Shown here: piece by piece, positions 28,971 to 42,500 of the stretch
Numbering within the stretch: the first letter of the stretch is position 1
Layout: each line of letters begins with the position of its first letter
Origin: a virus
DNA: 64,000 nt
IMG/VR virus record: IMGVR_UViG_3300020455_000616
Direction: 5' to 3' (one strand)
Notes under the pieces: model-generated
What the model was told of the DNA's origin: nothing
The model's database searches: none
What the model saw: only the letters and a program-made list of their open reading frames with translations
Made by a program: the position numbers and the translations under genes

Positions 28971-30554
28971 TTAGAATTGCAAAATGACTTTAATGTCTTC
29001 TCGTTGATTAGCAGACCTAGTAATAGAAGGTCTATTGTCAACATAGAGGATAGTACCACTGTACTTTTCAACCTCTGGGTTCGCTACACCTTTAATAAAT
29101 GTTTGACCCAAGTAATATGTTTTATTATTTATGACGGTACTTATACCAGGATTACTGATTGATCCGAATCCGTTGTCTATATATAAGTCTTTCGTACCAC
29201 CTACAATCTTCAAGTTACCACCAGTAGCAGTAGTTCCTGTAAAATCGTTTAGTCCATATCCAAATGTAGGAGATGTTTTTTGCGTACCGTCAGTATTAAA
29301 TCCAACTAAAGATCTATCCTGCCAATATCTAAGAACACCTGTAGTTTTATCATAAGATACAACTCTTCCTACAGCAGTTTGTCCAGTTCCAACTTGCTGA
29401 GTAATATATGAATTTGATTCAAAAGTTGTAGTTTTATAGTCATCATCATTTGGAGATAATCCTTTTAAAATTATTCCGTTAACAGCACTTGCTCTATCAT
29501 CTGTAATTACAGAAGTAGATTCAAATGCTTGTGGATTTTCAACAATTCCAATTCTAGCAACCTTTGTTCCTGTAACAAAGTCTGGGTTTGAATCGTCATT
29601 TTCAATTCTAGAGAAGATTAGTACGTTTGATGCACCCAACTCTCTGTAAACGTCATATCCATGACCTCCTGCTGGAGGAATAATAATATTAAAGATTGGT
29701 GTAGTATTACCAACAGGAACATTACCTGCAACTAAATCAACTGATCCATAAGTATAACCACTACCACCATTTGAGATAGTAATTGATTCTACTTTAGAGT
29801 CATTGTTTATAACAATAGTACATTCAGCACCATATCCATCACCTTTAATTGGAACCCTTGTATATGTCGTGTTAGCAGGACCAACAAGATATCCCCTATT
29901 AGCAATAGTAGCAACCTTTATTTGACCACTTGTTTTAGCGTTATTCCTAATAGGTGTAAAATCACTGTTTGTCTCCCAATCTACAGGAAGAGGAATAAAG
30001 TTAAGAGAGTCAAATTTAATAATATCACTAGGACTAATTGTATAAAGATACTTCCAAATGTATCCATCACCAGAAGTACCAGCAACACGAGGTTCTAAAT
30101 CAGTGAATTTTGGTTCATCTAGAGATGGTTTACCATTTGGGTTTTCTGGATCAATACCATTATGCAAACAAATATAAACTCTAAATTCACTATTTACAAC
30201 ATAAAAGTTAGAAGAATATAAACTAGTCTTATTTGAGGAATCTGATAGATTATTCCTGTTTATGTCATGTCTATACATGTCATAGATTGTTGCAGATGCC
30301 CAACCCAACTTCCGAACAACGGGTCGAATGTCATCAGCAGAGATCTTCTTCATTGCGATCATAGTGTCCCAATAGAAGTTTTCGTCATCAAAACAATCCC
30401 TAGGAGCAGGAGGACTACTATCCCAGTCGGATTTGTTTTCTACAGCATTTGGGAGACCTATGAAGGTATAGTAAGAATCTGTCGAGGAACGAATCTTATC
30501 TATAAACGTTCTCGCATTCTTAATTCTCAACTGATCAGTTATAATCGCAGCCAT
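28971..30554 (-). CDS. gp8: Baseplate wedge subunit
   Basis: FYVVNSEFRVYICLHNG, DGYIWKYLYTI and NRPSITRSANQREDIKVILQF motifs; ATAAATA at 30582-30588. Confidence 0.9.
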   Translation of the reverse strand: MAAIITDQLRIKNARTFIDKIRSSTDSYYTFIGLPNAVENKSDWDSSPPAPRDCFDDENFYWDTMIAMKKISADDIRPVVRKLGWASATIYDMYRHDINRNNLSDSSNKTSLYSSNFYVVNSEFRVYICLHNGIDPENPNGKPSLDEPKFTDLEPRVAGTSGDGYIWKYLYTISPSDIIKFDSLNFIPLPVDWETNSDFTPIRNNAKTSGQIKVATIANRGYLVGPANTTYTRVPIKGDGYGAECTIVINNDSKVESITISNGGSGYTYGSVDLVAGNVPVGNTTPIFNIIIPPAGGHGYDVYRELGASNVLIFSRIENDDSNPDFVTGTKVARIGIVENPQAFESTSVITDDRASAVNGIILKGLSPNDDDYKTTTFESNSYITQQVGTGQTAVGRVVSYDKTTGVLRYWQDRSLVGFNTDGTQKTSPTFGYGLNDFTGTTATGGNLKIVGGTKDLYIDNGFGSISNPGISTVINNKTYYLGQTFIKGVANPEVEKYSGTILYVDNRPSITRSANQREDIKVILQF

Positions 30555-30587
30555 TTTTAGAATTTAAGATTTGCTATGTTTTATTTA

Positions 30588-33500
30588 TTATGAAATAATA
30601 TAACCCTTATAACGAAGTGGATTTTTTCTTCTTATAACTGGGTTAGATCCAATACCAGACTGACTGGTTCCATGAACTGCTTCAAATATTTGTTTTGTTC
30701 CTAATCTGATAGTTAGATTAACTTTACCCCAAGTATAATCACCATAACTTGCAGTTGTACCGTATCCAACTACATTTGTAAAGTTAGCAATCTTAGCAAC
30801 AACAGTTGTAACCGTAGTTGCAATACCAACAGAAGTTCCACTTATTTCGGGTGGAATGAACCTAGTATTATGAGAGTAGTGAGCAACTTCAAAAGTTGCA
30901 TCCATACAAGTAGTGCCAATTCCAAGAACAGAATTATCTGCTCTTAGTGTTGTTAAAGGACCATTGACACCTGTTCCTGTAACATTGAATAGATATCCAG
31001 TTTGAATTCCACTCTGTACTAAAGAGAATCCAGATTTTAATTTAGAATCCTGAGGTATATAGAAATCAAAGGTAATTCCAGTTGATGCAACACCGACAAT
31101 GGTAGTTGTACCAATACCAACAATTATTCCATAATCACCTTCAACAGTTGATTTTGGCACATCTTCAACTTTTCTTGTTGGTGGAGCAATCATAACTTCA
31201 GGTCCACTAATAGCACCAACAGTAAATTTAATTGGAGTTGTAAGTGCCCATCTTCTATTAGTAGTTCCTAATCCAACGTTATCATATACATCAACAGATA
31301 ATGTATCACCTGGTTGATAACCAGTTCCACCTTCAACAATTGATATAGCAGATACTTCATAATTTAAAGTGCTAATATCAATATTAATAGATGCACCTCT
31401 ACCAGATCCAGTTACACTATTTAATTTAGCACCCAACATTACATTGGTTGAAGCATCTAAGAATGGGAATCCAATACCATTCTGAGCAATACTAAGAGAA
31501 GTTAACGGTCCAAATATGTAACCAGTTCCACCCATACCAACAGAAATACCAGTAACAGTTCCACCTGCCCCAATAGTAGCAGTAGCAGTAGCAGCAGTTG
31601 CAACTCCTACAACATCAAATGGTTTTTGAACAGTAACTATTGGAGCAGCAGTGTATCCAAAACCAGGATTGGTAACGGTAATAGCACTAACAGCACCATT
31701 AGAGATGGTAGTTGTTGCAGTTGCATATTCAATATTTTCTTGGGTAATAAGTTCTACCTTCTCTCTATCTGCAGCTAACATCGCTTCTTTAGGATCATCA
31801 AATAGAGATCTCAAAGAATATACAAATACTGAACTAGAATTAACACCAATAGTCTCAAGAATGTTAGTTTGTGGGTTAATTACTGGTTCATAATAAACTC
31901 TATCTTTACCAACTTCATTAGTATCAATAATCTTATCAACATCTTGCTTAGACCAAGAAATTGGTCTTGTTAACAGTTCATTTGGTGTAACACCTTGACC
32001 CGCATAGTTATTAGTTGTAACAGAGTCTGCTGACTTAACATCCATAACAAGACGTTCATCTTGATTGAATGTAACATCAGTATCACTATAAAGTTGAACA
32101 TCATCACCCACTTTAAGTGTAGGTAATACATCAACTTCTCTAACATCAATACTTTGTGTACCAGTATACATTAAGACTTTACACTTATCTCCAGTTGTAG
32201 TAAATCCTGTTACACCACCCTTCGGTGCTTCTGAGAATCTAAGAGTACTACCTCCAGTAAAGGTATAACCTTCACCAGGAGTTTGTAGTATGTCATTAAC
32301 AAATACTAATAGGTTAGATTGCAAATTAATACCTGCGTTTGCTCTTGCAAAGAATGATATTCTGTCGCCATTAACTGATAATGGGAACAATCTTCTAGTT
32401 CCATTAAAGAATGGAGTAATGTCGTCAAGAACTAAGAAATCACCAACGTTCCAACCAGAGAACTTAGATGCATAAGTCTCATCAACAGTTAACTGGAATT
32501 CACTGTAAGATCCAACTCCAACAAATTGGTGGACATATCTCTTACCAATAGGAGCCATGCCAACATTCATTCTAATAGTTGTTGGAGTTGTAGAAGCAAT
32601 ACCAACACCACCATAAATTGGATCGGTTTTTCTTGGATATGCATTCTTAGAACCATAGTTATCACTAGAACATGTGAATATTAAAGATTCATTTGCAAGT
32701 CTAATTCTATCTCCTGTCTTCAAACTATGCTGTCCTACAGTAAGAATCATTTCACCAGTAAATCCATCATAATCAGCATCCATAACCTTAAATCTCTTCT
32801 CAGCAGGTGCTTTACCAATATTCAAACTAATTGTATTAGCAGTTGTTGCTCCAACTGATACTGCACTGTTGTAATAAGGATCTGAAGTTGTAATACCAGA
32901 CTTACCAACATCAATTGTAATTGTGGTTAAAGTAGTTGCTGCAATACCTATTGTTGCATTGTGTGCTGGATCTGTTGTACGTGGGTAAGGATGCTCTGTA
33001 CGATAATCATCCAAATCACAGGTAAATGTTATACCTCCTGTGATAATACCAACAGTATTAGAACCTGCAGTTAAATTGTGTTCTGGGAATGTTAAAACTA
33101 GATTACCAGTATTACCATCATAATAAGCAGCAGTTGGTGTTAATGCAGTTCCTACATTAGGTACAACAGATCCAGCAGCAGATCTTACAAATCTTGTTTC
33201 ATTTTTAGTAGAACGAGGATAACTATGTTCACTTGAGTAATCGTCCATCTCACATTTGAATGTAAGACCATTTTCACTTAAACGAATAGATTCACCTGCC
33301 TTTTGAAGACCGTTTGCAGATGCAGAGACAAATGTATGTGGATAGTTACCACCAGATCTTACTGCATTTGTTGCACTGCTAAGACCAGCAATAAATCTAT
33401 GATCAGAATCAGTACCAATACCAACAAATAATGTAATTGAGGTATCACCTACACCAGTAATAGGAGTACCAATTCCAGAAATAGGGTCAGTGCCTGGACG

Positions 33501-36500
33501 AGGATATTGATGAGCAGTTGCGTAATTATCTTGAGAACACTGGAAGTTAATACTATTGTCTGCAATTAAAATAGGTTCTCCTATATTGAGATCATGTTCA
33601 CCAATTGCAAGAGTCATATATCCAGTAGATGAATTGTATTCAGCACCTACAGGAGTGTAGTAAACAGTAACAGATGCACCAACCATAACATCAATGTTAT
33701 CTGTAGTAACACCAACAACAGGCAACCACTTATTACTGCTAGGATCAGTTGCTCTTGGATATGACTTCGCAGAAGCATTAGGATCTAAAGTACAAGTAAA
33801 GTTTACCGAATTATCAACAAATCTAACTCTATCACCAACAGTAATTGCATTAAGTGTTGTAATTCCTGCAAGAGTCAACGACATACCACCAGTACCAGCA
33901 TTATACAATGCATGAGTCACTGTATAGTCCTCAGAACCCTTTAATCCATGATCAGGGATCGTAAGTACCATTTCACCAGTTACTGGGTCATAGGTAGCAT
34001 TATTAACAGAATACCCAACAGTAGTGGATGCTCCAACATTAATAGTAATCGTATTTGTATCTTTTGCGGTAATTGCAGTTACACCATAACCAAGAACAGG
34101 ATCACCAGGTCTTGGATATGCATGATTAGTTGCATCACCATCCATCAAACACTTAAATGTAATTGCACCTGTTGAGAGTCCAACAGTTTGACTAGTTGTA
34201 TATGGATGACCAGCAATGGTTAAAACCATATCACCAGTAGATGCATCATATGTCGCATCAGTTGGTGTAAAGTTTCCAACACCAGTTACTGATACTCCAT
34301 TAGTTAAAGCACTTACAAAAGTATGAGCGTATGCACCACCACTAATAACAGCACTATTTGCTGCACCAACAAAGGTATGTGGATAGCGACCACCATAAAC
34401 TACTGGTTTAACAGCATTTGATGTCTTAGTAGCAAATGTTGGGATTCCAACAGTACCACCAATAGCAACAGTTAGAATATCATCTGAACCATATGCATAT
34501 CCAAATTTATTGATTTCAAAATTACTAACACCACTTACATTACTAACTTCAATATCAACAGTTGCACCAGTTCCTAATCCAGTTATTATATTGTCTTCAG
34601 AGTAAATTAATGGTATATCTTCATAACCAAGGGGAGAATCAACTCTAACTTTTATGTCTTGAGTAACTTCACCTGCTCTCTTATAGAAGTGTGCATAAGG
34701 AGAGATTCCAGAATCACACTCAAATGTATACTCATTAAGAATATTAGTTACCGCAGTTCCATCAAATGCAACGTCCTGAGTAGATGGACTGTTATTAACT
34801 GCTCTAGGTGCAAGAATAATCTCTTCTAGATAACCACCAGACTTATAATAAGTTGGTACATTAGCAACACCAACATTAATTTCAAACTCTGTATTTGAAT
34901 TAATTCTTGATACCTTAGTTCCCGCATAGATTGGGTCACCTGCTCTTGGATAACGATGTTTAGTAACATTACTATCTTGAGAACATGTGAATACTAAAGA
35001 TCCAGTAGCAACTTTAACACTAGTTCCTTTGCTTAGATGATGTGTACCTATACCTAATACTAAGTTACCAGTTGCGGGGTCATATGTTGCAGTAGATACA
35101 CCATAAGGAATAATAGTTGATATACCAACATCAACAGTAATAGTATCAGAAGTTGTTGATGCAACACCAATAGTCTTTCTGTAAATTGGATCAGTTCTAC
35201 GTGGATATACATGCTCACTACCATGTTTGTCCATATCACAAGACAACTTAATAGATTCTGTTGCGATTCCGATTGTATTTTGTGCTATCTTAATACCATT
35301 TGCTGCAGCAGCAAAGAATGCATGAACTGAAGTATTTGTAGAAGGAATAGATTCTAATACTTGAACTTCAAAAGTTGTTATTGAAGTTACATTTGCCTGT
35401 AACCAATTAGTTCCTGCAGGGTCTGCTGCTCTTGGATATTTGTGCTCTGAATTAAAACTATCTAATCCACACTTGAATGTTAAAGATTCGTCAGCAAACT
35501 TAATCCATTGTCCATTAGTTATATTGTGTCCACCAGATACTGTACAAGTTAAAATACCTGTATTACCATCATACGCTGCTCCTGTTGCAGTAGTAGTTGC
35601 TGCACCAGATAAGTTATGATTTGGAATTGTTAGTACAAGAGAACCGTCAGTAGCAGCATATGATACATTAGTTGGAGTATATTTGGTATTTGTTCCACCA
35701 ACACTAATCGAGTCTGTTTCAGCACTAACGAATAGATGATTATAAACACCACCAGTACGAAGAACAGATCTGCTTATTCCACCAGTAGTAGCAGATACAA
35801 ATGTATGAACACCCACGTTTGTAGATGGAATAGTATCTAAAACTTGAACATCAAAAGTATCTGTAGTGATATTAGTTGCTGCAATCCACTTATTATTGAT
35901 TGGATCAGTTGCTCTTGGATAAGCATGATTTGAACCATGACCATCTTGAACACAAGTAAATGTTATTGCACTTTGAGCAATTCCAACATAATCCCCATCT
36001 CTGAATGGATGATTAGCGATAGTAAGTGTCATTACACCTGTAGTGGGGTTATATGCCACTCCAGTAGGTGTAAAAGTATCTGCACCATCAAATGTATGCG
36101 TAAACTGGTGCTTAGGACCAGAAGGACCAACATCTAATGTAATTGTACCGTTATTATGTGTAAGACCGTTATTACTTGCTGATACAAATGTATGAGCATC
36201 TACATTAGTAGATGGAATAGTCTCTAGTACTTGTATCTTAAGGGTATTAACAGTTGTATTGGCAATTCCTACCCACTGACCATAAATTGGATCATTCTTT
36301 CTAGGATAAGAATGTGTTGAAGCATGATTGTTTTTAGCACATGTAAATGTTAATGATTTTTCAGCAAGTTTAACTTTATCACCAACATGGAATCCATGAT
36401 TATTGATAGTCAACGTCATAATACCCGTTGTTGGGTTATATGCTGCGTTACTTACTGTATGGTCAGTTCCATCCGCAATAATTGCAACAGAAGTATCTGT

Positions 36501-39500
36501 AATTGTATCTCTATTTCTAGGATAGGTATGAACTTCAGTACTCATACCACAAGTCATTCCTAATCCAGTTAATGCTATATCAGTACCAACTTTAAGTTTA
36601 TGACCAAGGATTACTTCACCACCACTTACATAAGAATGAGGAATTGTAGAAATTCCTGCTTGGAATGTAAGAGTGTACATATTTGGAGCATCTATGCAAG
36701 CAAAGGTATCTCCAGTTGGTGAATTCTGAGCATTGCCTGGGAATATGCTAGTAGTAATACCAACTTGAACAACACCTCCATTGTTCCATGTATGTCTTAT
36801 ACTTGATACACCAACATTAGTAGTGAATGAAGTTGCTGCTACACCAATTGTCTTAAATGAATATCCTTGTGATCCATCTGGGAAGACAGATGTAGTAATA
36901 CCAGCATTAACTGTACCACCAGACACATAGGTATGTGGTAATGTAGAAACACCTGCATTAAATGTAAATTGATTTGATGTAGGAACAGTAAGTGCTGTAA
37001 ATGTATATCCTTGAGTTCCATCTGGATATATTGAGTTACCAAATGCACAGTTGAGACCAATATTGTCTAATCTAACTTCACTACCAACTCCAATAACACC
37101 TGCAATAGATGTTGCAGTAGTTACAGTACATAAACCAGTTAAATTATCATATGTAAATCCATTAATACCAAATTGTTGACCATATCCTTCAGCACCACCA
37201 AGAGGACATGTAAAGTTTAATTGTCTTAGTTTAACATCCTCAGTTGCAGTTAAACCATGATTACCAACAGTAAATATTGTTGCAATACCAGTTGTTTGAT
37301 CGTATTGAGCACTATGTACTGCGAATGTTTGACCATAACCCACACAAGTTAAGGCAATTCCAGATAAAGCAAATGTTCTACCAACTGCAGTCTGTTTAAC
37401 AATATTATGAGGTAATGTCGTAGTAATAGTTGCAATACCAGTGGTATTTGTATAAATGAAGTCACTGATTGGAACAGAAGTTGAAGCAACAGATACTGTC
37501 ATAATACCAGTAGTATTATTGTATACTGCATTGGTAAGATCAATAGGTGCATAGTAATCACAAGTGAATGCTGCACCAACAACAGTAATCTCATCACCAA
37601 GGTCTAATCCATGCTTTTGAGTTGTTTGTATAGTGGTTATTCCAGTGATAGAACTATAACCAACGTTAATAATATTTCTTGGTTTATAGAATCTTGCAAC
37701 CCTATCTACAACTACATCAGTAACATGTCCACCAGTTATAGTTGCATTACCAACATAAGTGTAACTTGCTATTCCTACACTTCTAGTTTGAATGGCAACA
37801 CCAACTGTTTGTAATCCAGATCTATATCCAGATCCAGTAAGACCTATAGCAACTGCAGTAATAGTACCAGCACTTGATACAACAGCAGTACCACCTGCAG
37901 CAACTAATGGTTGGAATCCATATCCGTCTGTTGATCCAACACTAACGATAATTCCACCTCTTGGAACATCATTAACATTAATATCTTTATTAGAATCATA
38001 GTCAGATATCGTACCATTGAACCCTAGAAGCGTCTGTGTATTGCTATTGTGTTGTTCAATCTTATAATCACCTTGTATGGTAGTTATTTCATTACCAAGT
38101 CTCTGTGGACCTTGGAAGATATCATTTATAAGAACAATTGCATTACCTGCAGTAATAGTATCAATATCATTACCCTTATACTTTAATATAAAGGAAGTTG
38201 TTATTCCATTAAACTTACTTGATAGATCATCAAATACAAAGTTATTATCGTATGCTTTAACAAAACTAGTTGTGAATGCTTCATTAATTGCAGATCTTAA
38301 AAATACTCTTCCACTAAATCTACTGCTAGTTGTAAGTCCAGTATAATCAATCTCATTACTATCTGTAGCAGTTGTACCAAAACCAATTGGTTGATTACCC
38401 CATGCTGCTTCACTAAAATGAATATCATTCTCTACAATACTAAAGTTACCAACTAACTTTGTAATTGTAGATAATCCAGCATGAGTTGCTGCAGTACTAC
38501 CCATCCATGCTCTTCTTACAGTCAATAAATTATTAGTTTTATCAACACCAGCAACCAACATGGTTTCATCATTAACTTTGACTAAATCACCACTAAAGAT
38601 TGATGAAATACCACTTATACCAAATACAGTAGTACCAACACCAACACTAGATGAACCAACAGCAAAAGTATTACCAGTTGCTACAACAGGTGATTGAATT
38701 GTGCCATTAACTGTTAATAGTAATCTATTATTTGGATCTTTTCCTCTAAAGATATGAGTAGTTCCAATACCAACACTAGCAATACCAACAAATACAGGAT
38801 TAAACCTAAGTGAATCAGTAGCAGATACTGCAACCTGTACCTTTTGATTATCAAGTTTAATTACATGGAATGATCCTGGAAGTTTTGTAGTAGTTCCAAT
38901 TCCTGGTCCAAAGTCTGTAGAATCAATTACAATGGCATTTGCAAAGTCATTACCAGGTGGAATATATTCAATTTCTTCACCAGATACGAAGTAATGATTA
39001 ACAAGATTAATTGACTGTTCGTTAGTGTCTACAACAGTATCATCACTACCATCAAATGATTGTTCAAAAATTGGATCACCTGCACAGAATAAACCAAAAT
39101 CTCTTTTTACACCATCAAACTCAGCACTAAAATCGTCAATAGGAAGAACTCTGTTACCAATAAATTCTTGATATTTTGCTAAGAATGGTAATCCAAAGAG
39201 AATCTCATTAGATACCAATTTATTGTTTACAGTAATTGCCTTTTCTCTTGCAGTATCAAAGTCCTTAATCATGTTAAGGTCAACAACACTAGTTAAGTCA
39301 GATACTGCAATAAATGCATTTAAGTCTTGTGCTGTACCCATTCCAACGATAGATGGGTCATATGAATCTGCTAATAACTCACCAAACTTCTTATACCCAG
39401 TAGTATGGTTTAGATTACTTACATAAGCATTCCATTTTTCAAATGATATAGAAGATCTTACTGCATATGAGAAGTACTGATAATAATCATTATCATGCAT

Positions 39501-42500
39501 TCTTTGGAAGAATCTATTTAACTTACCAGTATCTTTTAAGAATCCCTTCTTAGTAATACTATTAGAACTAATTGAATATGTACCCTTAATTCCATCAACA
39601 GAAGATATCAATCCTTGGTTTTGAGTAGATTGACCAATAATTACATCACCTTTATTAAATTGATCTGCAGATCTTACTTTTAAGAACTCGTTCCTATTAT
39701 CATAGTCTTGAACTACACCACTATTATCAAGTTGGTTAGTAATAAACTCACCTTTTGCAAATGAATCCTTCTCAAGGAATACTTCAAATGTTGGGAAATA
39801 TGATTCTGGAGTTATAGTTCCAAATGATTCAAAACTATCAAATTCACCAGGTTGTTCACCAGGATTTAATAGTCCACTTAAACTATACTTAATTGTTGGG
39901 AAGTCACCACCAACATTAGCATCTGCTTCAGTAAGAGTGAATAACTTATATGCATAAGCAGCAGAGTTATATCCTCTACCAACTGAATTAAGAGTATTAG
40001 TATTCTCAACTAGTATTCTATTACCAACTTTATATGGATAAGCATCAATAGATGAGAATGTTACAGCAAATGCAACAGTAACATCTAAAGTAGAAGAGTC
40101 AAAAGTAATACTATCAATCCTTGTACCATTAGGATTATTAGTTGGCATTAAAACTGGAGTAACATTATACAAACCAGTTGTATTTCTAACAATTTCTACT
40201 TCAGTATCACCAACATCATATCTTAAGAATGCTTCAGTATTAACACGACCAGTAAATCCATCAACAACAACTATATCAGGTGTTAAGAAGTAATTAACGC
40301 CAGGATCTTTAACCTTAACACGTTCAAACTTAGATAGTGGTTCAATTTTATATGTTGCTGGTAATGAGGCAGCAGGTCTCAATGTATTGTCTGCAGGATA
40401 GTCAAATCCAATATCAGTCAATACTACCTCATTAAGTTTACCAATAGATCTACTTCTTGGGAGGAATAGTGCTCCTGTTCCTGCAGCACTAACAACTTTA
40501 GAGACATATGGAAGACTCTTATATCCAGCACCACCAGAATCTAATGCAATTGTACCAACAGGTCCAGTAGCAGTAGCAGATGTTGTTTGATAGATGATAG
40601 CTGCTTCACCTGTACTGTAAGATGGTCTTTCTGGAGTATCAAACAGAGTATAATTAAAGGTATTAGTAGTTAAACCACTAACAGTTGTTTTTGCATCATA
40701 TTTACTACTAACTATAGATAACCTGTTTGGATTAGTGATTTGGAAGGTATCACTAAGCATTTCAGTCTTAGAAGCAGCAGCACCAGAACTCTTAATTGGT
40801 TGTAGATTATAATAGAGATTATTTGGAGTACTCTTATCAATAATTAAAGTTAAGTTTGCATTTTGCTGTCCAATAGTACCATTTTTCTTTACATGGAAGT
40901 CTAAAACAATAGTTGATATACCAGCATTTGCTTCAGAAGTGAAATATAGATCAGTAAAGGCAGAATCTCTAAAGACATTAAAGTCAAAGGCAGATAGTCC
41001 ACTATTTGATAATGAAGAATCTGATAAGTCAAAAACAACAGTATTATTACGATATGCTTTAATTTCTGGGTTAATAGGACTAAATGTACCAAATGATGCT
41101 GAAGATATACCAACAATTTGGACTCCTTCATTAGATGTTATTTGTTTATAGTAATTGTTAGATAACTTAATTGTATTTTGGTCAATAACAATTACATAAT
41201 AGATTTGAGAATTATTAATTCCTCCAGTAGGACTAGATGAGTTATGAAGAACTTTAGTACCTGTTGTCCATCCATGATCTACAATAGTAAACCTATTATT
41301 ATCTGTATCAACATCCGCTTCAAGGAATCCTCTTGGATCAATTAATAATCTTCGATTACCATCATCATACTTAACAACAACAGTAGTTTGGATACCTGAA
41401 GTAACTGTTAAATCAACAAAATCACCCTCACTTAAATAATGAGATGCACCAGTACTAACAGTAGCAGTCTTCTTAAGAATATCTCCAGTAATGATGTTAT
41501 CATAAGCAGTTTTAAAACTATGTAATCTTCCAGTTCCTGGAGTATCAATAGTCAATAATCCCATAGATGCAGTAGTTCCAAGACCTACAAAATTACCTGT
41601 AGTTCCTATACCAATTTGGTTTGTTGATATACCAATAAAGTTTTCGTCATGTACTGCAGCATATAATGTTGTGTTATCAGTTAAGTAATAACTTGTTCCT
41701 GAAGCACTTACGTTTGGACCACTACTTCCAGCACCAACATTGTATATAATCTTCTCACCAGTTTTTAATCCATGACCAGGAATATAGAAGGAATCCTTAA
41801 TTGGACTAATCTTGTCAATACCTGCACCTGGATTTTGTAAATATGTCTTACCTACCTTTTTAGCAGATGCTAAAACTTGAGTATCATAAGTTGCAATATA
41901 AGGAGTCATAAACTCACTTTGCTCAACTTGTAAACCTGCAACATAGAATATAGGTCTACTGTTTAAAGTTGCTCTAATAGTAGTTCCTGATCCTACAGCA
42001 ACACCATCAGCACCAAACTTCATTCTATGAGGATTAGCATTAGTTGCTACAGTAAACTTGAATCTCTTCCAGTCTCTAGTAAGAGTTACTTTTTGATGAT
42101 AGTAAACATTTACACCAGTATCTTGAAGAATCATCCATACTTCTTCTCCACCTTGATCACCTTTTAAGAATGCAGATACTGTATGAACATTACCTGAAAG
42201 TGTAAATGTACCATTTTGTATTACGATGGTATCAGTAGCAGACGTTGTTGTAGCAATTCCAACTTTAGCAGCAGAAATATTACCATCTGGAGTCTTAGAA
42301 TGATAGAATGTTACTGTTCCTATTCCATTACCTGCAGTTGCTTTAGTCCATGTACCACCAGTAAGAGAAGGTGATACAGGATCAGAATAAACAACTAAGT
42401 TCTCACTTATAACTCCAGCTACCTCTTCAGGTTCAAAATAAAGTGTTCTATCAATTTTATATTGAGTTGTAGTTTGGAATCCAGTATTAATAGTAAATCT

